Assembly: GCA_951406725.2 (NCBI GenBank)
Contig: OX597815.1
Coordinates: 43,896,001 to 43,960,000 of the forward strand
DNA length: 64,000 bases
DNA from: Octopus vulgaris
Lineage: Eukaryota
Reading direction: 5' to 3'
In this document: positions 39,751-52,826 of the stretch, piece by piece
How positions within the stretch are numbered: position 1 is the stretch's first letter
Layout: every line of letters starts with the position of its first letter
The notes under the pieces: generated by a model
What the model saw: the letters and a program-made list of their open reading frames with translations, nothing else
The model's database searches: none
What the model was told of the DNA's origin: nothing
Program-made: the position numbers and the translations under genes

Positions 39751-40957
39751 TATGCATATCTGGGCACAGGACGTCACGAAACGTGTACAACAAAAACATA
39801 CGAAGTATGAGTACATGGAATATGAACTACTTTTTCGAACAAAGAAATACACAAATGGAAAACAAGACGAACAACACAAAAAATGACCCTTCATCAGTTG
39901 CTGGATGTTTTTCTACTCTCGTATTTCGAGCGTTTAACAACAAGATACGCTTTCGATAGAACAGTTGCTTCCGCATAGTAAATTAAATAAAATTTGGGAT
40001 TTTGCGGGGGTCAAAATTGGTAACACAAACAAGACAGTAAAAACAAACAGGAAGGGCTGCTAAGCCTAAACGAGGTTGTGGTGGCGAACGCGCAAATCAA
40101 GCTCGGACAGGAGTCAGACAAGAACACGTTTTCCTTGATCCAGCTACAACGGACAGAAAGAAAGGAATAAAAGTTAGGAGAAGAAAGACGGTCGAGGTAA
40201 AGTAGTGAACGTTGGAGAAATATTGTCTTTGATAAGAAAAAAAAATAGATGAGGAGATAGATAGGAATACGTGCAGTCTGTACGACGGCACTGAAGGAAT
40301 AATGATCACGTGAGGAAAAGAAAGATGGATGATGGTCACATGTGATCAACGAGAGCGAGTAAAAGAGGAAGAGGGAGGGAGAGAGAGACAGAGAGACAGA
40401 GACAGACAGATAGAAAACGGTGAAGAGGCGAAAGAAGAATTAGAGAAAGGACGAGAGAGAAAAGGAAAGCGAGAGAGAGGGAGAGAACATTTCCAAGTAA
40501 GTTTATCTTAATATTTTTGATGCGACTGTAACCTTTACTGTTCTCTCTCTCGCCCACATTTCGTTTTTCTTCATCTTTTCTCTAATTCTTTTTTCTCCCC
40601 TTCGTTGTTTTCTACCTCCCTCGCTTTTTTCTTCCTCCCTTACTCTCTCTCGTTGCTCACACATCACCATCGTCCATCTTTCCTTGTATGTCTCCAGTAT
40701 CCTGTTTTTGCTACCAAATTTGACCCTCCACAAATCTCAAATTTTGTTTTGGATCGCGGGAGCAACTGCCTTCAAAGTCTTATATTGTCGTTCAATGCTC
40801 GAAATAAGAAGTAGAAGGACAGCTGACAACTAATGAAGGGTCGTTTTTTATGTCACTTGTCTCGTTTCCATTTGTTTCTCTCGTTGTTTGCGTACCCAAC
40901 TTTATTTTCGTATTTCATGTTTACCTCTTGTGACGTCCTGTACCCATAAATGCATAT
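39751..40957. mobile_element. Inverted pair of diverged PLE-type pseudo-LTR/3' copies
   Basis: Left copy (minus, ~39751-40500) and right copy (plus, ~40540-40957) share ends (tgggcacaggacgtcac / gtgacgtcctgtaccca) and internal blocks, e.g. 40321-40380 vs 40631-40681. (TA)n on both outer flanks. Confidence 0.65.
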
Positions 40958-41002
40958 CTACATACATATATATGTACGTATGTACATATATGTTTGTATA
41001 TA

Positions 41003-41060
<58 letters not shown>

Positions 41061-41066
<6 letters not shown>

Positions 41067-41250
41067 CATGGGTACAGGACGTTACCAACAGTGCTCGAAA
41101 TGAGAAGATAGACAGCTGACAACTGACGAAGGGTCATCTTTATGTTACTTGTCCTGTTTTCCATTTGGTTCTCTCGTTGTTTGAGTACTGAACTCATTTG
41201 ATTTTGTTGTCTTCCATGTTGATTAATGACGTCCTGTACCCATATATGTA
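41061..41250 (+). mobile_element. Short copy of the same family with 24-bp terminal inverted repeat
   Basis: 41061-41084 vs 41227-41250 (22/24); body colinear with 40795-40950. Confidence 0.65.
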
Positions 41251-41885
<635 letters not shown>

Positions 41886-41905
41886 TATATACATATATAT
41901 ATATT

Positions 41906-42015
<110 letters not shown>

Positions 42016-42479
42016 CATATATGTATATATATTATTTATATTATTATTTGATTGAATGCAACGCATCCATTTCCAAATAACTTTATATATATCGGTTAAA
42101 GTAGTGAGGAAGGCAAACAATTAGTCAAACAATTAGTTTGGGTTACCTTGACCTAAAGTTCTCATATCTTCTATATATATAGATTAATAGACACACACAC
42201 GCATACACATATATAATGTGATTTTTCTGCTCGATGAGAATAGATATAATATTCTCAGTCTATAAAATATTATATATATTGTGCTTTGCGTATTTTGTTC
42301 TTCTAATTTTTATAAAACCAAATACACACACAATCACACAAACACAAACTCATACACATACACACCTACTCACACAATCACAGATATACACACACACATG
42401 CACATATAATGTTTACGATGGTTTCATTTATTTTCATTTTTGCTTCAAAGGCAAATAATTTTCATACAAACGCGCGCAG

Positions 42480-42543
<64 letters not shown>

Positions 42544-42865
42544 CTACCACATAAATATGCACTTAGTCATATCCATAAAAAATTTTCCCGAAGCTTTTAT
42601 AGCATTTTTCAAATGATTTCCCTGGGTCTTTTTTTGTTTTCCCTTTCATTTTTATTTTTATTCTTTACTTCCATATTATGCAACAGTCAGGAAGGCGCCA
42701 AAGTATAAATGTGCATCCTTTTCGATGACAAATATGTTAGTAATTGCACAATAACTATTGTGTATAGTGTACAGATTCCAAAACCAGAACATTCTTTCAA
42801 CACCGTAATAGTCTTCTGCCAGTGATATGTTGGAAACCCACCTTATACTGCCCAAATATGACTAT

Positions 42866-42866
42866 G

Positions 42867-42933
<67 letters not shown>

Positions 42934-42982
42934 TAATAATAATAATAACAATAATAATAATAATAATAACAATAACAACAAC

Positions 42983-43024
<42 letters not shown>

Positions 43025-43078
43025 TATTATTATTATTATTATTAATATTATTATTATTATTATTATCATTATTATTAT
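42866..43078. repeat. (AAT)n switching to (ATT)n at about 43023
   Basis: Directly visible. Confidence 0.95.
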
Positions 43079-43079
43079 G

Positions 43080-43190
43080 GGGTGAGAGAGCAGTGCATGC
43101 CATCAAAGTGACACTGGGGTAAAATATACGAAGCCCAGTATACCCATCATGACTACCCGTCTGATAAGGGTACACCGGGCACATGCATCA
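43080..43190 (-). mobile_element. Terminal fragment of the 560-bp (TAA)n-associated element
   Basis: Matches 43828-43938; (ATT)n on both sides. Confidence 0.85.
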
Positions 43191-43191
43191 C

Positions 43192-43266
<75 letters not shown>

Positions 43267-43279
43267 CATTATTTATTAA

Positions 43280-43490
43280 AGGCAGCGAGTTGGCAGAATC
43301 GTTAGCATGCCGCGCGAAATGCTTAGCAGTATTTTGTCTGTCACTACGTTCTGTGTTCAAATTCTGCTGAGGTCGACTTTGCCTTCCGTCCTTTCGGGTT
43401 CGATGAATTAAGTACCAGTAAAACACTGGGTCGATATAATCGACATATCTTCTCACGAAAACTGGCTGCCCTCGCGGAAAATTTTGAAAC

Positions 43491-43544
<54 letters not shown>

Positions 43545-43795
43545 TATTATTATTGTTGTTGTTGTTGTTGTTGTTAAAGGCGGCGAGCTGGTAGAATCGT
43601 TAGCAGGCCGGGCGAAATGCCCAGCGGAACTTGGTCTGCCGTTAGGCTTTGAGTTCGAATTCCGCGAGGTCAATTTTGACTTTCATCCTTTCGGGGTCGA
43701 TAAAATGAGTACCAGTTACAGACTGAGGTCGATGTAATCGACTTAAACCCTTCCACCAAAATTTGGGGCCTTGTGCTTCCAATAGAAAGGATTAT
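43280..43795 (+). mobile_element. Two SINE family B copies (43280-43490, 43578-43795) separated by (ATT)/(GTT)n
   Basis: Consensus match. Confidence 0.85.
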
Positions 43796-43825
43796 TGATA
43801 TTGTTGTTGTTATTATTATTATTAT

Positions 43826-44380
43826 TGAGTGAGAGAGCAGTTCATGCCATCAAAGTGACACTGAGGTAAAATATACGAAGCCCAATATACCCATCATGAC
43901 TACCCGTCTGATAAAGGTACACCAGGCACATGCATCGCAACCATATGTGCGCGACATGGTGATCTCATATCAAGATAAACAGCACATGACCTTGCAGGTG
44001 GGGCCCAGTTAGAATTTTCTTCAGGTTGAGTAGCCCATCCCGCTCAAACGGTCCCTGAATAAGGGTTGTTTAAGGACGTTGAACGAAACACCCATGTTTC
44101 CAGAGGTGAACTATTCAAACCCCAAAGAATCCCTCTCAATACATGGCTATGATGCTCCCCCACTACTTCTGCTCGTGATCAGAGATGCACATATCGTCAG
44201 CCACTAAGGGACATGCTCAACTGGTTAAGGTCAAACAACTGACAAGCAAATCTGTGGTATTGAGCAGAATATTTGCTGTAGCCCATCTTTTATACCAAGA
44301 CAAAACAATGTACATGATAACACTTCCAATCAGTTAAGATCAGAAGCCATGAGAGCCACTGCCTGGTACTGCATCAGGGC

Positions 44381-44382
<2 letters not shown>
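43826..44382 (-). mobile_element. ~560-bp non-coding interspersed element flanked by (TAA)n, full-length copy
   Basis: Four copies in the window, no long ORF, (ATT)n immediately on both sides. Strand inferred from TAA polarity. Confidence 0.8.
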
Positions 44383-44458
<76 letters not shown>

Positions 44459-44520
44459 GATTATGATTATTATTATTATGATTATTATTATTATTATTAA
44501 TATTATTATTATTATTATTA

Positions 44521-44972
44521 CTTTTTTTTTCTTCTTTCAAATTTGCTTACATTTCTTGCCGAGTGTCTTCCCGACTCCTAGGGCAAAGAAACTCATAGTA
44601 TACATTGGTAGGCCATTAAACCAATCTCAGTAGTTCGTTCATTTTTTTTTTTTTTTTTTAAGTTAAATTAAAATACATGAGCAGCAACAGTTCTCACATC
44701 GACAATGCTCTTCTCAATACGTGTGATGTACCAGTTAAGACAATCTTTTGCACTTCTTGCAAGGATGGTAAGCCAGGGATCATTCTCATATAATTTTCGG
44801 TTCCCTTCTTGATCATTCCTAGTGCTCCTACGATCACTGGTATTGTAACCGCTTTGAGATGCCACATTTTCTCAATTTCAATGAGTAGGTCTTTATATTT
44901 TCTGAGCTTGTCAAACTCTTTCGCTGAGATATTATGATCACAGGGGATGCTCATGTCGATCAATAAGCAAAC

Positions 44973-44974
<2 letters not shown>
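44521..44974 (-). pseudogene. R4/Dong LINE, 5'-truncated (RLE C-terminus plus 3' UTR) in (TAA)n
   Basis: LLIDMSIPCDHNISAKEFDKLRKYKDLLIEIEKMWHLKAVTIPVIVGALG..QKIVLTGTSHVLRRALSM*, uninterrupted. Confidence 0.9.
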
Positions 44975-45029
<55 letters not shown>

Positions 45030-45405
45030 GCTTTTTTGTTTTTCGTTCGATTCCAGTAGGTGATGGCACGTTGTTATTACTGCGCAGCGTGCTTCATAGG
45101 GTTGACATTGTTACTTTCATAGAGGAGCTGACATGTAGCACGTAGGCAGTCGATAAGGTTACATCGCCACACCTATAACTCTGGTTATGGAAGGTCTTCA
45201 ACAAGTTTTAGACCATACTTTAGCTCACGGAGAAAACAGAAGATACATAGTCTTATCCCGTCATATAAGTACACCTATGCAATTCATATTGGTTAAGATA
45301 TATATAGAATATGGAATAAATAAAACCCAAATTTTCCTGTCTTCTCTTTATTTGAGTGTGGGTGTGTATGTGTGTATTTCATACATGAGAGACGGATATT
45401 CTCCG

Positions 45406-45437
<32 letters not shown>

Positions 45438-45448
45438 TATACTTATAC

Positions 45449-45602
<154 letters not shown>

Positions 45603-45646
45603 GTATATACATACACACACATACATACACAGGTACACGCACACAG

Positions 45647-45678
<32 letters not shown>

Positions 45679-45693
45679 ACACACACACACACA

Positions 45694-46075
45694 CAGGGTG
45701 CGATGGGTAAATTGTCGCCATTTTATCATTTTAATTTCTCGTAGATGCATCGTTTGGTTTCGAGTTTGTCGATTACACAGTATAGTACGGTCAGTTCGGC
45801 ACCGTCTGTGAGAAACGCAGCTCCAAAGATGAACTGAAGGCAAGGATTATAGCAGCATTCACCAACTTAGCAAAGAAACCGTGCGGTAGAGTTGTAGGCG
45901 ATTTCGAAGCAGTTTGGAGGCCGTGGTTGAAGCCAATTGAGATTTTATTAAATAAATTTACTCTTTAGAACTTCAAGATGTTTTATGTAATTTTGGTAAA
46001 TATATCTGTTAAAATGAGATGTCAGTGCTATTTTCATTTCTGCGTAAATTAGACGACAGTTTATTCACCCCACCT

Positions 46076-46077
<2 letters not shown>
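45694..46077 (+). mobile_element. Internally deleted Tc1/mariner element (maT/DD37D-like C-terminus)
   Basis: Imperfect TIRs cagggtgcgatgggtaaattgtcgcc / gacgacagtttattcaccccaccttg+TA; [31 protein letters not shown]. Confidence 0.7.
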
Positions 46078-46161
<84 letters not shown>

Positions 46162-46264
46162 GATAGATAGATAGATAGATATGTACCACGGAATTTGAAT
46201 CACATTCTTTTGATCCATATATATATGTACACACACACACACACACATGCATATATTCATATAT

Positions 46265-46324
<60 letters not shown>

Positions 46325-46326
<2 letters not shown>

Positions 46327-46490
46327 TTAGTCTTTAGTCGAGCAAATCGACCCTAGGACTTATTCTTTGTAAGCCTAGTACTTATTCTATCGGTCTCTTT
46401 TGCCGAAACGCTAATTTAAGGGGTCGTAAACACGCCAGCATCGGTTGTCAAGCGATGTTGACGGGACAAACACACACACACAAACACATG
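46325..46490 (-). mobile_element. SINE family A, 3' part
   Basis: tttagtcgagcaaatcgaccc..tctcttttgccgaa..ccagcatcggttgtcaagcg. Confidence 0.8.
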
Positions 46491-46942
46491 TGGTCTTGTA
46501 ACAACGCAAAAACCGTTTAAATACATACTATAGTTTATTACTCAAAATGTTTAATCCCCGAGTTCGTATACATTTATGCGGATTGTTTTGCGTGCGCACG
46601 TTTTGCATGTCTGTCTGTTTGTCTATATGTATGTTTGTCTACATGTAGGTATGTATATATGCGAAGACTTTTAAAGTGGCTAGACGATTTAGCATTAATT
46701 TTCAGCATATAGGCTGGAGCTTTTCCATGCTCTTAATTACAATTATATATGATTTCACCTTTGGCCACTGATAAAAAATGTTTTTGTAAAATATCTATCC
46801 TTGATTATTATTATAATTATATATATATTTTATATATATTTTATATATATTTTATTCTTTCTTTGTTCCTATAAGTAGTTTCTACGAATCTATAAAACTT
46901 GACTTTTGACTGTCTTCTTACATATCATTTCCACTACATATA

Positions 46943-48204
46943 CGAGGGGCGTTCAATAAGTAATGCACCTGACCCACTTCCCATAGCAGTTATTAGTCTT
47001 TTTCTACATAGGAACCACCAAGAGTTACGCATTTCTCCCATCGTTTGATGCGGCTCTGGAGACCGTTTTTGTAGAAGAACCCAGCTTGGTCCTCCAACCT
47101 CAACGTGACTTCAGAAGGCTGCATCATCTGGGAAACGATTTCCTTTCAAAAACAACTTCATGATTGGGAAGAGGAGAAAATCAGAGGGTGCAAGGTCAGG
47201 AAACTAGGGGGGATGGGGAGGAGTTCATAGCCATACGCCTGTGCTTCTGATCTGGCGACACGCGAGTTGTGGACCGGAGCGTTGTCCTGCAGGAGGAGGA
47301 TGCCTTTGCTGATCTTGCCCCGCCTCTTGATTTTGATATCTTCTCTTAATTTCCTCAAAAGTGAAGCATAATAGGCTCCTGCAATTGTGGTACCCTTTGC
47401 AAGGAAATCTGTCATCACTACTCCGTCCTGGTCCCAGAAGACTGTGAGCATGACCTTGCCAGCAGAGGGCTGCACCCTTGCCTTCTTTGGAGGGGGTGAG
47501 TCACGGTGCTTCCACTGCATTGACTGGGCTTTGGTCTCTGGATGATCGTGATGGACCCAGGTTTCATCCTGTGTAATCAGTCTTTTGAAAAATTTTGACT
47601 CATCTTCTTGGCACATCTCCAAATTCACCCTCGAGCACTCGACGCGTTCTTGCTTCTGGAAAGGCGTGAGCAACCTGGGAATCCATCTGGCAGACACCTT
47701 TTGCATATGCAAATGGTCATGAATGATAGTTTCCACAGACCCGGTACTAATCTTGACCTCATGGGCTATTTGGCGAATAATTATGCGTCGATCTTCCAAA
47801 ATGGCAGCCTCAACTTGACGGACAGATGCCTCATCAATGGCAGAAGGGGCGACCAGATCTGGGAGCTGTTTCCATAGAGTTCCGACCATGTTTGAATTCA
47901 CGATGCCAGCGTTTTACAAGGTCATATGATGGGGCATCATCACCATAAGTTACTTTCATTTCATCAAAAGTCTCCCGTGGTGTGCGTCCTTTCAAATACA
48001 AAAACCGGATCACTGCTCGACACTCAACAGGCTCCATTTCACACTTGACTCGGTTCAAACACCTGTAAATCAGAAACCACAATTAATTCAGAGCTGTAAT
48101 TTGCCACTTACTCTATAGAGATATAAATAATTGCACATGCAAAGTTTCAGCTAGATCAAACAACTGCAAGTGGGTCAGGGGCATTACTTGTTGAACGTCC
48201 CTCG
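46943..48204 (-). mobile_element. Full-length mariner transposon (~1.26 kb), TA TSD
   Basis: TIRs cgaggggcgttcaataagtaatgcacctgacccactt / aagtgggtcaggggcattacttgttgaacgtccctcg. Confidence 0.95.
46993..48037 (-). pseudogene. Mariner DD34D transposase, frameshifted (irritans-like by motif)
   Basis: MEPVECRAVIRFLYLKG..PRSGRP / WIPRLL, TQDETW, QDNAPVH, (F)PDLAPSDF, WEKCVTLGGSYVEKD*. Frameshifts near 47850 and 47210-47100. Confidence 0.92.
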
Positions 48205-48407
48205 TATCTACTTACACGCCTTGAAGCTTTATTTCCACTCATCTATCGCACTATATTTCTCCACACTTAATTTTCTGTTAATTTATTTCTTTCTCCTTCT
48301 CTTTCTATAAAATGCCTTTGACGTTAAATCTATTGACGTTTTTTTTAAAAAAATAACTTGCCAGCTTTCGGTTAAAATGGCTTATTGGTGTGTTTTGTTT
48401 CTCCTTT

Positions 48408-48493
48408 TTCCCTGACGAGATGATTACATTGTTTTACATTATTTTATTCCCTCAGGAATAATACCAATGTTTTCTTCGAAACATATGTCGGAA
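48408..48493 (+). ncRNA. Type I hammerhead ribozyme motif with canonical core and extended stem II
   Basis: TTCC-CTGACGA-G..(ACATTG..TATTCC-ctca-GGAATA..CAATGT)..C-GAAAC-ATAT-GTC-GGAA; palindromic stem III ACATATGT; GUC site at 48487-48489. Confidence 0.8.
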
Positions 48494-48725
48494 GTATAAA
48501 GATTTGAATAACACTTGCGTTTAACTCCATTTCTTGATTTATCTATGTTATCTAAAAACATTTAACTAAACCCCGGATCTTCTACCTTTATAAATAGGCT
48601 GTAACATACTTGATACTTATGTGAATTTTTGTTACCCTGATATTTATTTTTCCGTGTTATTTGTACACATTGAAAATACACACACACACACACACATACA
48701 CACACACACACACATATACACACAC

Positions 48726-48781
<56 letters not shown>

Positions 48782-48783
<2 letters not shown>

Positions 48784-51292
48784 GTTGTCTACTCCTTATA
48801 CAGAGTTTGACCACCTCCTTAGCACCATCATGGCGTCTGAAGTGGCTTTTTAAACCAGACAATATTCTGAAAAGACACCTACATAGATTGCACCTCTGAT
48901 TTGGACTACCAATACCTGCAGATAAGTTCTGCTCTTTGTGGATCTTAACATGTCTTTTGAGGCCTCCGTTGGATTTGCGAACCTTCTGGCATACACTGCA
49001 TTCAAAGGTGTGCACAGACATGTAGTCAGAATAGTTAGTGGAGGTTCGTTTTCCGTACGTTCGCAGATGAGATTTTAGGCCAGCCAGAAACAGGCATGGT
49101 CTGTCACGCAAAAAGGTCATTGCCAATCACCTTCTCCATCGTTACATTCTTCCTTAGATCTCTTTTGAGTCTTACTTGCTTTATCATGGCCTCTTCAGAT
49201 GCTTTTACTCTACTCCTTTGTTCGCCATCAAACTCGTTCCGAAGCAAGGGTTTCTATATCTTCAGGGACCATTCCAAGTGACTTCATAGTAGTCCCTATG
49301 CCGTCCTTAACCCTTTTTTTTCAGGGTTACGCCGATAGCGTTTTCCCTTTGCAAGCTCACCATAAAACATCTGTTTCGGAATGCGTCCATCTGCCATTCG
49401 AACAATATGGCAACACCATCTCAATTGGTTCTTCAAAATCATAGCTTTAAATGAGGGGATGCCTGCAGATATAAGGGGATCTGTGTTTGGAGTAAAAGAA
49501 CTCCATTTAATTTTTAAAATGCGATGAAGGTATTTTTGGTGGAATTGTTCTAACAGTTTAAAATGCCTTTCATAACAAGTCCAAGTTTCACAGGAATACA
49601 ACAGGGATAGTAAGACAAATGATTTGTAAAGAATTAGCTTTGTATTTTTATGTATATGTTGCTGGCACCAAACGCGTGACTCCAAGCTACCAAATGCTTT
49701 TGCTGCCCTTTGAATTCGCAGCTGTATTTCTGTATCGAGATTTCCATCATTTTGAACAGAGCTTCCAAAGTAGAGGAACGAATCGACAACATCAAGTAAC
49801 TTTCCCTTAACAAAAAATTTCGGGGGTTTACAAACAACACCACACGCAGGTTGATGCATTACAACTGTTTTTTGTTTTCAAGTTGATGGTCAAGCCAAAA
49901 TCATCACAAGCTGGGTCAAATGCAGATACAAGAAATTACAGACCTGTTTCAGAATGACTGACAAGATCGCAATCGTCAGCATACAAAAGTTCCCTAATGA
50001 GTGAAGTAAAAACCTTCGTTTTGAATTTCAGTCTGGTCACATTAAAAACATTCCCTGTTGTTCGATATTTTATGTAAATAACCTCCTCAGAATTTTGAAA
50101 AGCATGTGACAACACAACAGCAAAGTATATTGCAAAGAGGGTGGATGCCTCAAGGTCTCCTTGCTCTACTCCATTTCACACAGCAAAAGATTCAGAGAGC
50201 CTACCACCAAAGTTAACTCTAGCTTTCATATCTTGATGCAAAGCCCAGACCATGTTTAAAAATTTTTTCTGGGCAACCTATATTCCTTAGAATTAGCCAC
50301 AGAGCATTTCGATTAACAGTATCGAATGCTTTGCTCAAATCAACAAAGTAATGGTATGGAGCAGGATTCTGTTCAATACACTTTTCTTGTAATTGTCTGA
50401 CAGTAAAGGTACAATCAGCTGCGCCCCTGGATGGACGAATACCAAACTGAGACTCAGACACTATATTTGGAACTATAAAGATATTTAAACGTTCTGACAA
50501 AATGCGGGCAAGTACCTTTCCAAACACAGACAAAAGCGAAATCCCACGAAAATTACCACACAGATCCTTTGGCTCCGATTAATACAAGGAGACTAAAATG
50601 GCATCAATCCAATCTTGATGCACTTTCTCAGTTCTCCAACAGTGACAAATTAATATATTTAATAGTTCAAACATTTTGTCACCCCCATATTTCAAGACTT
50701 CTGCACAATTCCATCAGAACCTGGAGACTTATTGTTATTCAGCTTATTCACAGCTAAATAAATGTCATTTAGAATTGGTTCAAATGCCATCTCTTCTATA
50801 ACTGGAAGGTGTTCATTTTTTTTATCGTCCTCATGTCAACGGATGATGGTCTATTCAAAAGTGCAGAAAAATGTTCTACCTAACGCTTATGAATAGAAGA
50901 AAATGTCCATTTGCTTCAGTCAGAAGAAAACGTCCATTTGCTGTTCTCACTGGAGCTATTAAGGAAGATTTTGGGCTATATACTTCCTTCACATAAGAGT
51001 AAGAACCCTTAGCATCATTTCTATCAGCTGCTTGTTGTGCCCCTTTTGCTGTCATTCCACCATTCCTGTTTAATTTTCCTTAGAGCAGTCTGCACTTTCC
51101 TTTTCAGCTTTCTGTAAGTTTCGTTTGAGTTGGGGTTCAAGGACTGTTTTTCTAAAAGTAGGTCATGAATTTCTGCTGATCTATCTGAGAACCAGTCACT
51201 GGATTTATGAGATTTAAATCCCACAGACGAACTTGCAACCTGAAATACTTTTGTTTTGAAATCTTCCCATAGATTGTTTGGGTCAAGATTGA
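48782..51292 (-). pseudogene. RTE-clade LINE, 5'-truncated, RT plus C-terminal C2H2 zinc fingers
   Basis: ESQFGIRPSRG, FVDLSKAFDTVNR, QGD..TLFAIYF, LLYADDCDL, FLYFGS, LLYSCETW, QLRW..HIVRM..RIPKQMFYGEL; several frameshifts. Confidence 0.92.
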
Positions 51293-51976
51293 TACTTTGT
51301 CTCTGTGTGTGTATGTGTGAGTATGTATGCGTATGTATGTATGTATGCATTTGTGTACATATGTGTATATGAGTGTGTTTGTGTGTGCGCGTGTGTGTGC
51401 AAAAATAATACATGGGTATATAATTTGTTAGTATTTATGTACATAATCACATGCGCTATGTACGTGCATGTTTGTATGCATGTATACATGTACATGTGTA
51501 TTTATGCTTGTTTGAGCAAATAATTATAATATGCTTGTTATTTATACAGTACTAATCAGCTTTAAGCAAAGCGAATATAGTACAGTTGAAGTCAGCCAAA
51601 CTTTATAGACGGAGATGAGAATCAAGTACGATTGGTATGTAGACATAATGGAAGCTGAACATTCTTTTCACCCTCAAGTAATACAATTCACATCTATGTT
51701 TGACTACTTGCCCAAGGTTTAATACACAGAACATGAAGAACTAGCACTAAAAGCAGATTGAATTTTTAACAGTATTATAATTCACTTCTGTTTGACTGAT
51801 GAAATATATCCAACGGCACCCGCTGAAATAAAACTTAATTTTAAAGATAGTGCAAGTCTACATGGTATAGTATGTTCAGAAATTTTAATTAAGTGTACTT
51901 TGTTAGTGATGAGAATAATTTGTAACTCAATTACTGATTCTGGTCAAAAATGTCGCCTTTTAGACTAGAAATAATG

Positions 51977-52368
51977 TTTTCAAATTTTGTCACAGGGGCA
52001 GAAATTTTGGGGGAGGGGATACGTTTATTACATCGACGCCAGTGTTCAGCTGGTACTTATTTTATCGACTCGAAAGGATGAAATGCAAAGTCGATCTCGG
52101 CGGAATTTGAACTCAATACGTAGAGACGGGTGAAATACCTATTTCTTTACTGCCCACAAGGGGCTACACACAGAGGGGACAAACAAGGACAGACAAACGG
52201 ATTAAGTCGATTATATCGACCCCAGTGCGTAACTGGTACTTATTTAATTGACCCCGAAAGGATGAAAGGCAAAGTCGACCTCGGTGGAATTTGAACTCAG
52301 AACGTAGCGGCAGACGAAATACGCCAAAGCATTTCGCCCGGCGTGCTAACGTTTCTGCCAGCTCGCCA
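51977..52368 (-). mobile_element. Dimeric/nested SINE family B with 19-bp TSD
   Basis: ttttagactagaaataatg at 51958-51976 and 52370-52388 flanks two family B bodies. Confidence 0.85.
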
Positions 52369-52440
52369 TTTTTAGACTAGAAATAATGAAGTGATTAAAG
52401 GGTATTCAGCACACGATCGGAATGTTGTGAGTTCGATATA

Positions 52441-52474
<34 letters not shown>

Positions 52475-52476
<2 letters not shown>

Positions 52477-52826
52477 TCACTTCAAAAAACCCTCGATCCA
52501 ATAACACCGTGTACAAACTCCATACTTTGAATAACCAATTTTAAATACTATTGGAACTTACACACAAGGCACAGGAAACTTTTATGTATACCATTCTGCT
52601 TAAATAATGGAACTGCAGACACAGTATCCCTGCATATCTCAAGTTTGTTTTCATCCCTCCACTTCACTCTTTATTTCATATCTTCTTAAACAACTATTGC
52701 TTAACCCTCCTTTCGCACCGTCTCCGATGAAGGGATACACAAAATATCTCGGAAACAGCTGTAAGACCTTCTCTTTATAAATGTCTGAAATCTTTCACAG
52801 TCTTGGATTTTTATTTCATTCTGTTA

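Noticed and set aside
48420-48479. SECIS-like ATGA...GA in the long hammerhead stem II
   Set aside because: Helix geometry and apical AA do not fit, and there is no in-frame TGA in the linked PLE ORF fragment.
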